A DNA stretch of 64,000 nt from an uncultured Actinomycetes bacterium (GCA_963791425.1 CAWBSE010000003.1:858078-922077), one strand, 5' to 3'. Positions 19,951 through 29,344 are shown, counted from the first letter of the stretch. The notes: generated by a model not told the origin, from the sequence alone. Made by a program: numbers and translations.

Positions 19951-21416
19951 AGCGGCTCGCGCTCGCGCTCCTCGCGCTCGCCCTGGCGCTGCCGGCGTGG
20001 GCGGCGGGGGGCAGCCACTTCGTGCCCGACGATCCGCTGGCCGCCAAACAGTGGTACCTCGGCGCGGTTCACGCGTTCGACTTCTGGCCCGACCAGCCGC
20101 CGGCGCTCGGCTCCGTGCGGGTGGCGGTGATCGACTCGGGGATCGACGAGAGCCATCCGGAGTTCGCCGGCCGCATCGCGCTGGCGCAGAGCTTCGTCGG
20201 CGGGGACGTCACCGACCGGCAGGGCCACGGCACCTTCGTCGCGGGGATCATCGCGGCATCGACCGACAACGCCGAGGGAATCGCCGGCATCGCGTTCCCG
20301 GCACAGCTTCTGATCGCCAAGGTCGTCAAGTCCGACGGCACGATCTCACCGGCCGAGGAGGCGAAGGCGATCCGCTGGGCGGCCGACAACGGCGCCCGCG
20401 TGATCAACCTCTCGCTCGGCGGCCTGCGCGACCCGCTTCAACCGAACCAGGACACCTACTCCGAGGTCGAGCAGAGCGCGATCTCGTACGCGTACTCGAA
20501 GGGGGCGGTCGTCGTCGCCGCGGTCGGCAACGCCGACGAGGCGCCGAAGACGCCGTGGGAGTACGCCAGCTATCCGGCGGCGCTCCCGCACGTGGTCGGG
20601 GTGAGTGCGCTCGCCGCCGACGGGTCGGTGCCGGCGTTCTCGATCCGCGACAAGGTCTACAACGACGTCGCCGCGCCGGGTGTCGGGATCGTCTCGACGC
20701 TGCCGCGGGCGCTGACCGCGACGCGCCCGACGTGCACCGACCAGGGCTACTCGATCTGTGGGCCGCTGGAGTTCCGGTCGGCCGACGGCACGTCGTACGC
20801 CGCGGCGCAGGTTTCGGCCGCAGCGGCGCTGCTGATCGCGATGCGGCCGTCGCTCGCACCCGACCAGGTGGCCGCGCTGCTCGAGCGCTCCGCCGCCGAC
20901 GTCAGCGCCGCAACCGGGTGCACCCGCTGCGAGCTCGGGCGGGACCGGTACAGCGGCTGGGGCCGCCTCGACATCGCCGCCGCCCTGAAGTCGCTGAGCG
21001 GCCCGATCCCGCCGCGCGACCGCTACGAGGGCAACGACCAGGCGGGCACCCACGCATTCACTCTCTACGGCCGGTCGATCGGCATCAGGGCGACGCTCGA
21101 CTACTGGGACGACAACATCGACGTCTACCGCGTCCGCCTGAAGAAGGGCCAGACCGTCTCCGTCTCGCTCCGCGGCCCCGCCGGAACCGACTCGAACCTC
21201 GTCCTCTGGAAGCCGGGCACCCAACTGGTGGAGGCCCCGTCGATCGGCCAGCAGGTGTCACTGCAGGCGTGGCGTGTGACGCAGTCGGCGCGCGGCGGCT
21301 CGAACGAGCACTTCCTCCACCGCGCGGCCCTCGACGGTTGGTACTACGTCGAGGTGAAGCTGACCACGCAGGGCCAGGGGCAGTACCGGCTGCGGATCGT
21401 GAAGAGCGCCGCGTGA
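19947..21416 (+). CDS. Secreted S8 subtilisin-family serine protease with C-terminal PPC-like beta domain
   Basis: ATG at 19947 (ATGA overlap). Signal peptide MKRLALALLALALALPAWA. Catalytic motifs VIDSGID, HGTFVAG and GTSYAAA. Confidence 0.9.
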   Translation: MKRLALALLALALALPAWAAGGSHFVPDDPLAAKQWYLGAVHAFDFWPDQPPALGSVRVAVIDSGIDESHPEFAGRIALAQSFVGGDVTDRQGHGTFVAGIIAASTDNAEGIAGIAFPAQLLIAKVVKSDGTISPAEEAKAIRWAADNGARVINLSLGGLRDPLQPNQDTYSEVEQSAISYAYSKGAVVVAAVGNADEAPKTPWEYASYPAALPHVVGVSALAADGSVPAFSIRDKVYNDVAAPGVGIVSTLPRALTATRPTCTDQGYSICGPLEFRSADGTSYAAAQVSAAAALLIAMRPSLAPDQVAALLERSAADVSAATGCTRCELGRDRYSGWGRLDIAAALKSLSGPIPPRDRYEGNDQAGTHAFTLYGRSIGIRATLDYWDDNIDVYRVRLKKGQTVSVSLRGPAGTDSNLVLWKPGTQLVEAPSIGQQVSLQAWRVTQSARGGSNEHFLHRAALDGWYYVEVKLTTQGQGQYRLRIVKSAA

Positions 21417-22285
21417 TCCGCGTCGGCGTGCAGCTTCCCGAGGCCGAGCGGGAGGTTCGCTGGCCCGAGTACGTCGCGATGGCGCAGGCGGCAGAGGAGG
21501 CCGGCTTCGACTCGATCTGGCTCGGCGACCACCTGCTCTACCGCGGCGACGGCCGTGAGGAGCGCGGGCCGTGGGAGGTCTGGACGATGCTCGCCGCCCT
21601 CGCCGCGGTGACCGAGCGCGTCCGCCTGGGGCCGCTGGTCGCGTGCGCGAGCTTCCACGCGCCGGGCCTGCTCGCGAAGATGGCGGCCGGCGTCGCCGAG
21701 GTCTCCGGCGGCCGGTTCGTCCTCGGTCTCGGCGCCGGCTGGAACGAGACCGAGTACCGCGCCTTCGGGCTTCCGTACGACCACCGGGTCTCGCGGTTCG
21801 AGGAGTCGTTCGAGATCGTCCGGCGGGTGCTCGCGGGCGAGCGGGTCACGTTCGACGGGCGGTTCTGGCAGGCCGAGGATCTGGTCGTGCTCCCGCGCCC
21901 GGCCGAGCCGGTCCCGCTGATGATCGGCTCGAACGGCGAGCGGATGCTGTCGATCGCGCTCCCGCACGTCGACTGGTGGAACACCTGGTACGCGGGCTAC
22001 GGGAACACGGCCGAGGGCTTCGCCGAGCTGAACGCGAGGATCACGGCCGCGGCCGAGCGCGCCGGCCGCGAGCCGGGCGAGGTGAAGCGGAGCGCCGCGG
22101 TGCTCGTCGAGCTCGACGAGAACGCGCCGAAGCGCCCGCATTCCGACACGGAGATCGCGCCGGTCACGCCGGACGGCCTCCGGTCGCATCTCCAGGCGCT
22201 CGAGCAGGCCGGCGCCGACGAGGCGATCCTGATCCTCCGCCCGATCACCGAGGAGTCGATCCGGGCGCTGGCGGGCCGCTTCTAG
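21413..22285 (+). CDS. LLM-class (luciferase-like) flavin/F420-dependent oxidoreductase
   Basis: GTG at 21413 (GTGA overlap). VIRVGVQLPEAE..AEEAGFDSIWLGDHLL..GRFVLGLGAGWNETEY. Confidence 0.8.
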   Translation: MIRVGVQLPEAEREVRWPEYVAMAQAAEEAGFDSIWLGDHLLYRGDGREERGPWEVWTMLAALAAVTERVRLGPLVACASFHAPGLLAKMAAGVAEVSGGRFVLGLGAGWNETEYRAFGLPYDHRVSRFEESFEIVRRVLAGERVTFDGRFWQAEDLVVLPRPAEPVPLMIGSNGERMLSIALPHVDWWNTWYAGYGNTAEGFAELNARITAAAERAGREPGEVKRSAAVLVELDENAPKRPHSDTEIAPVTPDGLRSHLQALEQAGADEAILILRPITEESIRALAGRF

Positions 22286-22929
22286 CGGCCGAGCAGCTCG
22301 TCTTCGGCGACGTCCCGGATCACCTTCGCCGGGTTGCCGAACACGACGGTGCGGGGCGGGACGTCCTTCGTCACGACCGAGCCGGCGCCGACGAACGCGT
22401 CCTCGCCGATCTCGACCGCGGGGCAGAGGATCGCGCCGCCGCCGATGCGGGCGCCGCGGCGGATCGTCGGGCCCTCGATCAGGTCGTGGCGCCGCTCGGT
22501 GCGCCCCATGAAGTTGTCGTTCGTCGTCACGACGCACGGCGCGATGAACACGTGATCCTCGAGCGTCGAATACGCGGTGATGTAGGCGTCGGCCTGGATC
22601 TTCGTCATCGTCCCGACCGTGGTGTCGTTCTCGACGAGCGAGCCGCGACCGACGACGACGTCGTCGCCGAGCGTCACGCGCTCGCGGATGCAGGCCTGGT
22701 CGCCGACGATCACGCGGGCGCCGATCGTCGAGCCGGCGAACACGACCGCGCCGGTGGAGACGACCGTCCCGTCGCCGATCGTCGTAGGCGGGAGGTCCTC
22801 TTTCTTCGCGGTCGAGCGCGGCGACAGCACCGGCTGCTTGCCGACGACCGCGTACTCGAGCACCTTCACGCCCTCCCCGAGCACCGTGCCGGGGTGGACG
22901 ATCGCGGTCGGGTGAACCTCAACTGCCAC
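22282..22929 (-). CDS. Hexapeptide-repeat (left-handed beta-helix) sugar N-acetyltransferase, WbpD/WlbB-like
   Basis: 215-aa ORF with repeated [LIV]G-x4 hexapeptides (IGDGTVVSTGAVVFAGSTIGARVIVGD...). Last gene of the sugar operon. Confidence 0.75.
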   Translation of the reverse strand: MAVEVHPTAIVHPGTVLGEGVKVLEYAVVGKQPVLSPRSTAKKEDLPPTTIGDGTVVSTGAVVFAGSTIGARVIVGDQACIRERVTLGDDVVVGRGSLVENDTTVGTMTKIQADAYITAYSTLEDHVFIAPCVVTTNDNFMGRTERRHDLIEGPTIRRGARIGGGAILCPAVEIGEDAFVGAGSVVTKDVPPRTVVFGNPAKVIRDVAEDELLGR

Positions 22930-23891
22930 GAAGTGAAATCGTCAGCTGCTCGAGCGCACGCACGACCATCGCGCCGTCGCGCGCCACCTTCTGCCGGTCG
23001 CCGGAGCCGCCGACCAGCGTCAGGAAGTGCTCGCACTCGAGCCGCAGCGGCTCGGAGGTCGGGATCTTCGGGATGAAGATGTCGCCGGACCGGGTCTGCC
23101 ACTCGCCGTAGGTCTCGGCGCGCTTCCACGGCGCCTTGTCGTAGATCGTCACCTTGCGCTCGAGCTCCATGTCGTCGAACACCGCCATCTTGTCGCGGCC
23201 GACGACGGTCAGTCGCCGCATCTTGTGCGGGTCGAGCCACGAGAGGTGCATGTGCGCGATCTTCCCCGAGGGGAAACGCAGGTAGCAGAAGACGACGTCC
23301 TCGACGCCCTCCTGGAGGAAGTCGCGGCCGTGCGCGATCGCCTGCTCGGGCTCCTCGTCGAGCAGGTAGAGGATCACCGAGAGGTCGTGGACGCCGAGCG
23401 ACCACAGCGCGTTCTCGTTCGCGCGGACGATGCCGAGGTTCTGGCGGTTGCCGTAGATGCACAGCACGTCGCCGAGCTCGCCCCCGGTGATCAGCTCCTT
23501 CAGCTTCTGGACGCCGGGGTGGTAGAGCAGCAGGTGGCCCGGGCATCAGCACGAGGTCGCGCGCGCCGGCCAGCTCGACGAGCTCGTCCATCTCCGCGGC
23601 GCGCATCGCGGGCGGCTTCTCGACCATCACGTGCTTGCCCGCCTCGAGCGCCTGTTTGGCGAGCTCGTAATGGGTCGGCACGGGCGTGGAGATCACGACC
23701 GCGTCGAGCGTGTCGTCGGCCAGCATCTCCGCGAAGCTCCCGGTCGGCATCGCCTGCGGGTAGCGCGCCGAGAACTCGGCGATCCGCTCGGCGGACGCGT
23801 CGCAGATCCAGGCCAGGTCGGAGAGCTCGTCGAAGTTGCGCGCGAGGTTCGGCCCCCAGTAGCCGAGCCCGGCGACGCCGACCCGAGTCAC
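22919..23891 (-). pseudogene. Gfo/Idh/MocA-family sugar oxidoreductase (WbpB/WlbA-like), one frameshift near 23537
   Basis: N-terminal part VTRVGVAGLGYWGPNLARNF..VMVEKPPA..LVLMPG (frame of ORF 22866..24332). C-terminal part (H)LLLYHPGVQKLKELI..LCIYGNRQNLGIVR (ORF 22919..23467 frame). The frames join at the CCCGGGC run. Confidence 0.8.
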
Positions 23892-25148
23892 AGCTTCCAG
23901 ACCTTCCCGTCGACCTCGTGCCCCTTCGTCGCGTTGCGGAAGTCGACGATCACCTTGCCGCGGCGGACGACGTCGCCGTAGTCGATGCTCGAGTGGGCGG
24001 TGACGATCGCGACGCAGTCGTACTGCTCGGGCTCGAGCGGCACCGAGGTCAGCCCGTCGAACGCCGGCACGTACGGGTCGTGATAGGCGACGTCGGCGCC
24101 GGCCGTCCGCAGCAGCTCGACGATCTTCTCGGCGGGCGACTCGCGGACGTCGTCGATGTCGTTCTTGTAGGCGACCCCGAGGAGCAGGATCTTCGAGCCG
24201 GACAGCGACTTCTTCGCCCCGTGGTTCAGCGCCTGCGAGATCACCGAGCGGCAGAAGTACGGCATGTTGTTGTTGATCTCGCCGGCCAGCTCGACGAAGC
24301 GCGTCGTGAAGTCGAACTCGCGCGCCTTCCACGAGAGGTAGTACGGATCGAGCGGGATGCAGTGGCCGCCGAGGCCAGGGCCTGGCTTGAACGACATGAA
24401 CCCGAACGGCTTGGTCGCGGCCGCGTCAACGACCTCCCAGACGTCGATCCCCATCCGGTCGCAGAGCTGCGCGAGCTCGTTGACGAGCGCGATGTTCACC
24501 GAGCGGAAGATGTTCTCGAGCAGCTTCGTCAACTCGGCCGCCTCGGCGGTGGAGACCGTGTGGACCGCGTCGAGCGCGCTCAGGTAGAGCTGCGCCGCGG
24601 CGTCGGTCGACGCCTGGTCGATGCCGCCGACGACCTTGGGCGTCGTCTTCGTCGTGAAGTCCTCGCGGCCGGGGTCGACGCGCTCGGGCGCGAAGGCGAG
24701 GTGGAAGTCGGTGCCTGCCGTCAGGCCGCTGCCGGCCTCGAGCAGCGGCTGGAGCACCTCGCGGGTCGTGCCGGGGTACGTCGTCGACTCGAGCACGACC
24801 AGCTGGCCCTTGCGGAGGTGCGGTGCGATCGACCGGGCCGCGTTCTCGATGGACGAGAGATCCGGCTCGCGCTGCGCCGACAGCGGCGTCGGGACGGCGA
24901 TCACGATCGCGTCTGCGTCGGCGACCGCCGCGAAGTCGCTGGTCGCGGTGATCGAGCCGGCGTCGATCATCGGCTTCAGCTGCTCCGACGGGACGTCCTT
25001 GATGTGGCTCTCGCCCCGGTTGATCGCGTCGACCACGTTCTGGACGACGTCCACGAGCACGACCTTCTTGCCGGCCTCGGCAAAGGTCTGTGCGTGCGGC
25101 ATGCCGACGTAGCCGGCGCCGATGACTGCGATGTCGTAGGTGCTCATT
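23888..25148 (-). CDS. UDP-N-acetyl-D-glucosamine/mannosamine 6-dehydrogenase (WbpA/WecC-like)
   Basis: ATG at 25148 (MSTYDIAVIGAGYVGMP). Catalytic region GLGGHCIPLDPYY. Confidence 0.9.
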
Positions 25149-26205
25149 CCGGTCGGGAAGGGTACAGCGCCGCCGCAATGCGCTCGGCGGCGTGCCCGTC
25201 GCCGTAGAGCTTCGGGCGGTGTCGGGGCATCTCCGCGCGGCGCACCGCGTCGGCGAGCCGGTCGGGGTCGTCGTCGACGAGGACGTTCGCTCCCGTCTCG
25301 ACCGTGTCCACCCACTCGGTGTTCGCGCGGGCGGTCACGCAGGGAATGCCGTACCAGTACGCCTCCTTCTGGAGCCCCCCGGAGTCGGTGACGATCACCC
25401 GCGCCCGCGAGGCAAGAGCGGCAAAGTCGAGGTAGCCGAGCGGCTGCACCATCTGGACATGTCCCAGGGACAGTCCCTCGGACCTGACCGAATGGGCCGT
25501 GCGTGGGTGGGCCGGGAAGACGACCGGCTCGTCGATCCGGGACAGGCCCTCGAGGATCCGCCCCAGCCGGGGCTCCGCGACGTTCGCCTCACGGTGGAGC
25601 GTCACCGCGACGTACCCGCCGCGCTCGAGTCCGAGCCGGTCGAGGATCGTCGAGCGCTCCCACGCGACCGGCAGGAGCTGCTGGTTCGCGTCCATCATCA
25701 CGTCGCCGACCACCTCGACCCGCCCCGCGACGTTCTCGGCCTCCAGGATCGCCTTCGAGCGGTCGTCGGGGGCGAAGAGCAGCTGCGAGAGCCGGTCGGT
25801 CTCGACGCGGTTGTGCTCCTCCGGCATCGAGTCGTCGTAGCTCCGCAGTCCCGATTCGACGTGCGCAAGCGGTACGCCCGCCTCGACCGCTGCCCGCGCG
25901 CCGCCCAGCGTCGAGTTCGTGTCGCCGTAGACGAGCACCCAGTCGGGCCGCTCCTCCTCGATCGCGGCGAGCAGGCCCGGCCTGAGCGCCGCCAGCATCT
26001 CGTCCCGCCCCATCCCGCCGACCTCGAGGCGGTGCTTCGGCTCGGGCAGCCCGAGCTCCTCGAAGAACACCTCGGAGAGCTCGCGGTCGTAGTGCTGCCC
26101 GGTGTGCAGCGTGACCTCGTCGACCCCGCGCTTGAGTAGCTCCACCGACAACGGCCCCGACTTGATGAACTGGGGCCGGTTGCCAACGACCGACAGCACT
26201 TTCAC
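25144..26205 (-). CDS. wecB: UDP-N-acetylglucosamine 2-epimerase (non-hydrolysing)
   Basis: MKVLSVVGNRPQFIKSGPL..HTGQHYD..VLVYGDTNSTLGGA..HVESGLRS. Confidence 0.9.
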   Translation of the reverse strand: MKVLSVVGNRPQFIKSGPLSVELLKRGVDEVTLHTGQHYDRELSEVFFEELGLPEPKHRLEVGGMGRDEMLAALRPGLLAAIEEERPDWVLVYGDTNSTLGGARAAVEAGVPLAHVESGLRSYDDSMPEEHNRVETDRLSQLLFAPDDRSKAILEAENVAGRVEVVGDVMMDANQQLLPVAWERSTILDRLGLERGGYVAVTLHREANVAEPRLGRILEGLSRIDEPVVFPAHPRTAHSVRSEGLSLGHVQMVQPLGYLDFAALASRARVIVTDSGGLQKEAYWYGIPCVTARANTEWVDTVETGANVLVDDDPDRLADAVRRAEMPRHRPKLYGDGHAAERIAAALYPSRPE

Positions 26206-26241
26206 CGGGGCAACACTACGCAGCCTGCGCGCCGCCGGCGG

Positions 26242-26868
26242 TCAGGTCGATGTGATTCCGTGCTCGTTGGCCCAGATCGCCGCCTGCGTCCGGTCGTCGA
26301 CTCCGATGCGGCGGTACACACTCGTCAGGTGGGACTTGACCGTCTTCTCGCTGATCCCGAGCCGCCGTGCGATCAGCTTGTTCGGAGCCCCCTCGGCCAC
26401 GAGCGCCAGTACGTCCCGCTCGCGGTTCGTGAGCTCCTCGCCGGGGCGGCGCTCGGCGCGCACCGCGAGGAGAGCGGAGGCCGCCTTCGGTGAGAGCGGG
26501 GATTCGCCGCGGGCAGCAGCGCGGATACCGGAGATGAGCTCCTCCGGCTCGGCGTCCTTGAGCAGGTAGCCGATTGCGCCCGCATCGATCGCGGCCAGGA
26601 TCCGCTCACGGTCGGTGAACGAGGTGAGCACGACCACCTGGGTGTCGGAAGACGCCTCGCGGATTCGGCGGGTCGCCTCGACGCCGTCCAGCCTGGGCAT
26701 CGCGAGGTCCATCAGCACCACGTCGGGCGAGGTCTCTCGGGCGAGGAGAAGGGCCTCCTCTCCGTCGGCGGCAGCGCCGACGAGCTCGATGTCGGCCGCG
26801 GTGTCGACCAGCTTTCCGAGGCCGGCGCGGACGACTGCGTGATCGTCGGCGATCAGGACGCGGATCAC
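26242..26868 (-). CDS. NarL/LuxR-family response regulator
   Basis: REC domain (IRVLIADDH..DVVLMDLAMPRLDG) followed by a GerE HTH (LTNRERDVLALVAEGAPNKLIARRLGISEKTVKSHL). Confidence 0.9.
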   Translation of the reverse strand: MIRVLIADDHAVVRAGLGKLVDTAADIELVGAAADGEEALLLARETSPDVVLMDLAMPRLDGVEATRRIREASSDTQVVVLTSFTDRERILAAIDAGAIGYLLKDAEPEELISGIRAAARGESPLSPKAASALLAVRAERRPGEELTNRERDVLALVAEGAPNKLIARRLGISEKTVKSHLTSVYRRIGVDDRTQAAIWANEHGITST

Positions 26869-28157
26869 GTTCGCGGGACCTCGACGCGCAGGCGGGTGCC
26901 GGTGTCGGGAGCGGATTCCACCGTCAGCGTGCCGCCCGCCTTCTCGACCAGGTCTGCGACGAGGGCAAGTCCGAGATGGCCTTCTGCTGCCCGGCCGGGT
27001 GTGAAGCCCTGCCCGTCGTCGGCCACGATCAACGTCGCCGTCTCGTCCGGCGCCGAGACCGAGACGGCGACCGTCGAGGCGCCGGCATGCTTGACGACGT
27101 TCCTGATCGCCTCCTGGGCGGTCCGGAAGAGCAACGCCTGAACCTCGGGGCCGAGCCTGGCCTCATCCTCGACGTCGAGTTGGGCTTCCAGCCCGCGCGC
27201 CGTCGCCGATGCGAGGACGTCGGAGAGGGCTGCCTCGAGGCCGGACTGGGAGAGGCTCGGCGGGTAGATCTGGGGGAGGAGCGAGCGCAGGCTGCGCACG
27301 CTTCGCCGCGCCTCTCGCGCGGCCTTCCGAAAGGCGCTCGCGTCGTCGCCGTCGCTTCGCTCGGCAGCCGCGGCGAGCTCGTACGAGAGGCCCGCGAGGT
27401 CCTGGACGACCCCGTCGTGGAGGTCGGCCGCGATTCGCCGGCGCTCGAGATCGGACGACTCGATCGCCCGGGTCAGGAGCGTCTCGCGCTCGATCTGCCC
27501 ATGACGAACGCGGCGCGCCAGCGACACCGCGAGCGGGATCTGGATCAGGGCGAGGATTCCGAGGCCGACCAGCCACGCCGGGAGGAAGAGCAGCCAGATC
27601 CTCCTCGCGCTCGCGGCGATCGACCCGAACTCGAGGTACTGCTCGTACAGGACTGTCGAACCGTCACGCGCGTGCAGCGGGAGGTACACCTCGAGCAACT
27701 TGCCGTGCTCCCGTTCGAATCGGTTCTCGGGCCGCGAGAGGTCGCTCACCTCCGCCTCGGCCTTGCCGCCCTTGAACTCGCCGAGATCCTGCGGGGAGAG
27801 CGTGTAGCGGGAGCCGATCAGCCGAGGCTCGTCGGAGTAGACGATCGTTCCGTCTCTCCGCCAGACCTTGACCCGGACGACCGATCCGCCCAGAACGCGC
27901 TCCCGCACGATCCGGTCGAGCTGTGTGAGCGCAGCAGGGTCTTGAGCTGTGACGCCCGCGGTCAGCATGGGCTCGATGATCCCCTTCCCGGCGAGCTGGG
28001 TCTGCTCTCGCGCGTTCTTGATCGCCTCGGACGTGCCGGCCTTCCTGAGAATGAGGGAGACGCCGACGCCCACCAGGATCACCGCGACGAGGCCGACGAC
28101 GACGAACCGCGCGACGGCCTCGGACACCGAGATGGGCGCTGAGCGCCTGCGCGACAA
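26865..28157 (-). CDS. Sensor histidine kinase (HisKA_3 / NarX-type)
   Basis: Two TM segments flank a sensor loop. H-box RRRIAADLHDGVVQDL. HATPase region NVVKHAGA..DDGQGF. GTGA overlap with the regulator gene. Confidence 0.85.
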   Translation of the reverse strand: MSRRRSAPISVSEAVARFVVVGLVAVILVGVGVSLILRKAGTSEAIKNAREQTQLAGKGIIEPMLTAGVTAQDPAALTQLDRIVRERVLGGSVVRVKVWRRDGTIVYSDEPRLIGSRYTLSPQDLGEFKGGKAEAEVSDLSRPENRFEREHGKLLEVYLPLHARDGSTVLYEQYLEFGSIAASARRIWLLFLPAWLVGLGILALIQIPLAVSLARRVRHGQIERETLLTRAIESSDLERRRIAADLHDGVVQDLAGLSYELAAAAERSDGDDASAFRKAAREARRSVRSLRSLLPQIYPPSLSQSGLEAALSDVLASATARGLEAQLDVEDEARLGPEVQALLFRTAQEAIRNVVKHAGASTVAVSVSAPDETATLIVADDGQGFTPGRAAEGHLGLALVADLVEKAGGTLTVESAPDTGTRLRVEVPRT

Positions 28158-28220
28158 ACCCGTTCCTCCCTCGCCGTGACCGCCCTACCGTAGCTCGCTT
28201 CTGCGCTCGGCAGGAGACGG

Positions 28221-28246
28221 CAGGGGCCCGCGACCACGGGCCCCTG
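28221..28246 (-). terminator. GC-rich hairpin downstream of the small secreted-protein gene
   Basis: CAGGGGCCCG-cgacca-CGGGCCCCTG, a 10-bp perfect stem. Confidence 0.5.
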
Positions 28247-28257
28247 GCCGACGGGCG

Positions 28258-28638
28258 TCAGAACCCGAACGAGGCGTTGCAGGTCTCGCCGGTGGCGCCG
28301 TTCGTTGCGGTCGCCTGGATCGCGTCCGTTCCGGCCTGATTCGCGGTCTTCGCCCTGGCCTCGAACGAGGCGCTGCGCCCTGCGGTCTTCATCGTCTTCT
28401 GGAGGAACATCGAGCCGTTGTCCGAGAGCGTCACGCCCCAGCTCTGGCCCTTCACGTTCGAGTCGACCTCGAACTCGATCTTCAGCTTGCCGTCGCGCTG
28501 GCCGACCTTGAGCTTGGACGTGCTGGAGGCGCTGCACGTGCCGTTGACCGTCTGGTCGCCGGACTTGGCGAACGCGTTCGAGCCGACGGCGAGCGTGGCA
28601 CCGAGCGCGAGTACGGCAATGGTGATCTTGGCCTTCAC
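28258..28638 (-). CDS. Small secreted protein of unknown function
   Basis: 126 aa. Signal peptide MKAKITIAVLALGATLAVGSNAFA. Ser/Thr/Lys-rich, beta-strand-like. Two Cys (one near each end of the mature chain). Confidence 0.6.
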   Translation of the reverse strand: MKAKITIAVLALGATLAVGSNAFAKSGDQTVNGTCSASSTSKLKVGQRDGKLKIEFEVDSNVKGQSWGVTLSDNGSMFLQKTMKTAGRSASFEARAKTANQAGTDAIQATATNGATGETCNASFGF

Positions 28639-28786
28639 GGGTGGTCCTTTCCTCGGAGATCCTGGGCTGTCCCAGCCTGCCCCGAGTCGGGGCCGAACCG
28701 CCAGTGGACATTGGTCCTAGGACCTCCGAAGGGCCGCGCGTGACCGGCCGGCGGCCCGCGCCGTCGGGCTACACTACGCAGCCCGC

Positions 28787-28859
28787 GGGCCGTTAGCTCA
28801 GTTGGTAGAGCAGGGGACTCTTAATCCCAAGGTCGAAGGTTCGAATCCTTCACGGCCCA
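28787..28859 (+). tRNA. tRNA-Lys (anticodon CTT)
   Basis: Hand-folded cloverleaf. Acceptor GGGCCGT/ACGGCCC, D-arm GCTC..GAGC, anticodon loop CTCTTAA, T-arm GAAGG-TTCGAAT-CCTTC, discriminator A. CCA is not encoded. Confidence 0.9.
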
Positions 28860-28861
28860 TC
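28818..28861 (+). repeat. att copy 1 (core inside the intact tRNA-Lys, anticodon loop to 3' end)
   Basis: CTCTTAATCCCAAGGTCGAAGGTTCGAATCCTTCACGGCCCATC is identical to 36382..36425. Shifted by 1 nt, it is identical to 41637..41680. Confidence 0.85.
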
Positions 28862-28970
28862 ACAGAAGCCCCTGCAAAGCCCTGGTTTCGGCCGGGACTT
28901 TGCGGTTTCTCGAGGGTCTACATCGGGCTAGGGGGCAACACACGGGGCAACACGCTGATATTGAGAGAGC

Positions 28971-29240
28971 GACCCGTTCCGCCATACCTGCGCGACGATG
29001 CTCTTTCGCCACGGCCTAAACGCGAAACAAGCGCAGGTCTGGCTCGGGCATCACTCGCCCGCGTTCACGCTCGCAACGTATGTCCACCTGCTCCCTGACG
29101 ACCTGCCAGACCCTGGCTTCCTCGACGGCATCACGGGGGCAACTGACCCCACCGAGAATGGGCGAAATGCCGAGGCCTCCGAGGCATGCGAAGCAGGGTT
29201 CGTTCCAAGCGAATCGACGGTAGCGGCGGCCGTCTCTTGA
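28971..29240 (+). pseudogene. Tyrosine recombinase/integrase, 5'-truncated remnant (C-terminal catalytic region only)
   Basis: In-frame reading DPFRHTCATMLFRHGLNAKQAQVWLGHHSPAFTLATYVHLLPDD matches the R-H-T..LGH..Y box II region. The frame opens only after a TGA at 28962. Confidence 0.7.
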
Positions 29241-29306
29241 TCGAAGGTCCGCCGACCACGTGCCGGCACTGGTCGACGCCCGCGACGGCGGGCTCGTGTT
29301 CGAGAG

Positions 29307-29331
29307 GGCGGCGGCCGTGATGGCCGCCGCC
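29307..29331. terminator. GC hairpin just 3' of the haloperoxidase-like gene
   Basis: GGCGGCGGCC-gtgat-GGCCGCCGCC, a 10-bp perfect stem. Confidence 0.5.
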
Positions 29332-29344
29332 TGTTCTCGTTCGG

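Noticed and set aside
26212-26228. Shared 13-mer ACACTACGCAGCC at 26213 and 28770, flanking the two-component system and small secreted gene
   Set aside because: A single 13-nt match is within chance expectation for all-against-all comparison of a 64-kb window. No extended similarity surrounds it.
28860-28925. Imperfect hairpin GCAAAGCCC..GGGACTTTGC after the intact tRNA-Lys as its terminator
   Set aside because: The stem is bulged and lies within island-derived sequence. It is plausible but not strong enough to annotate. The cleaner hairpin after the distal copy (41714..41733) was reported instead.
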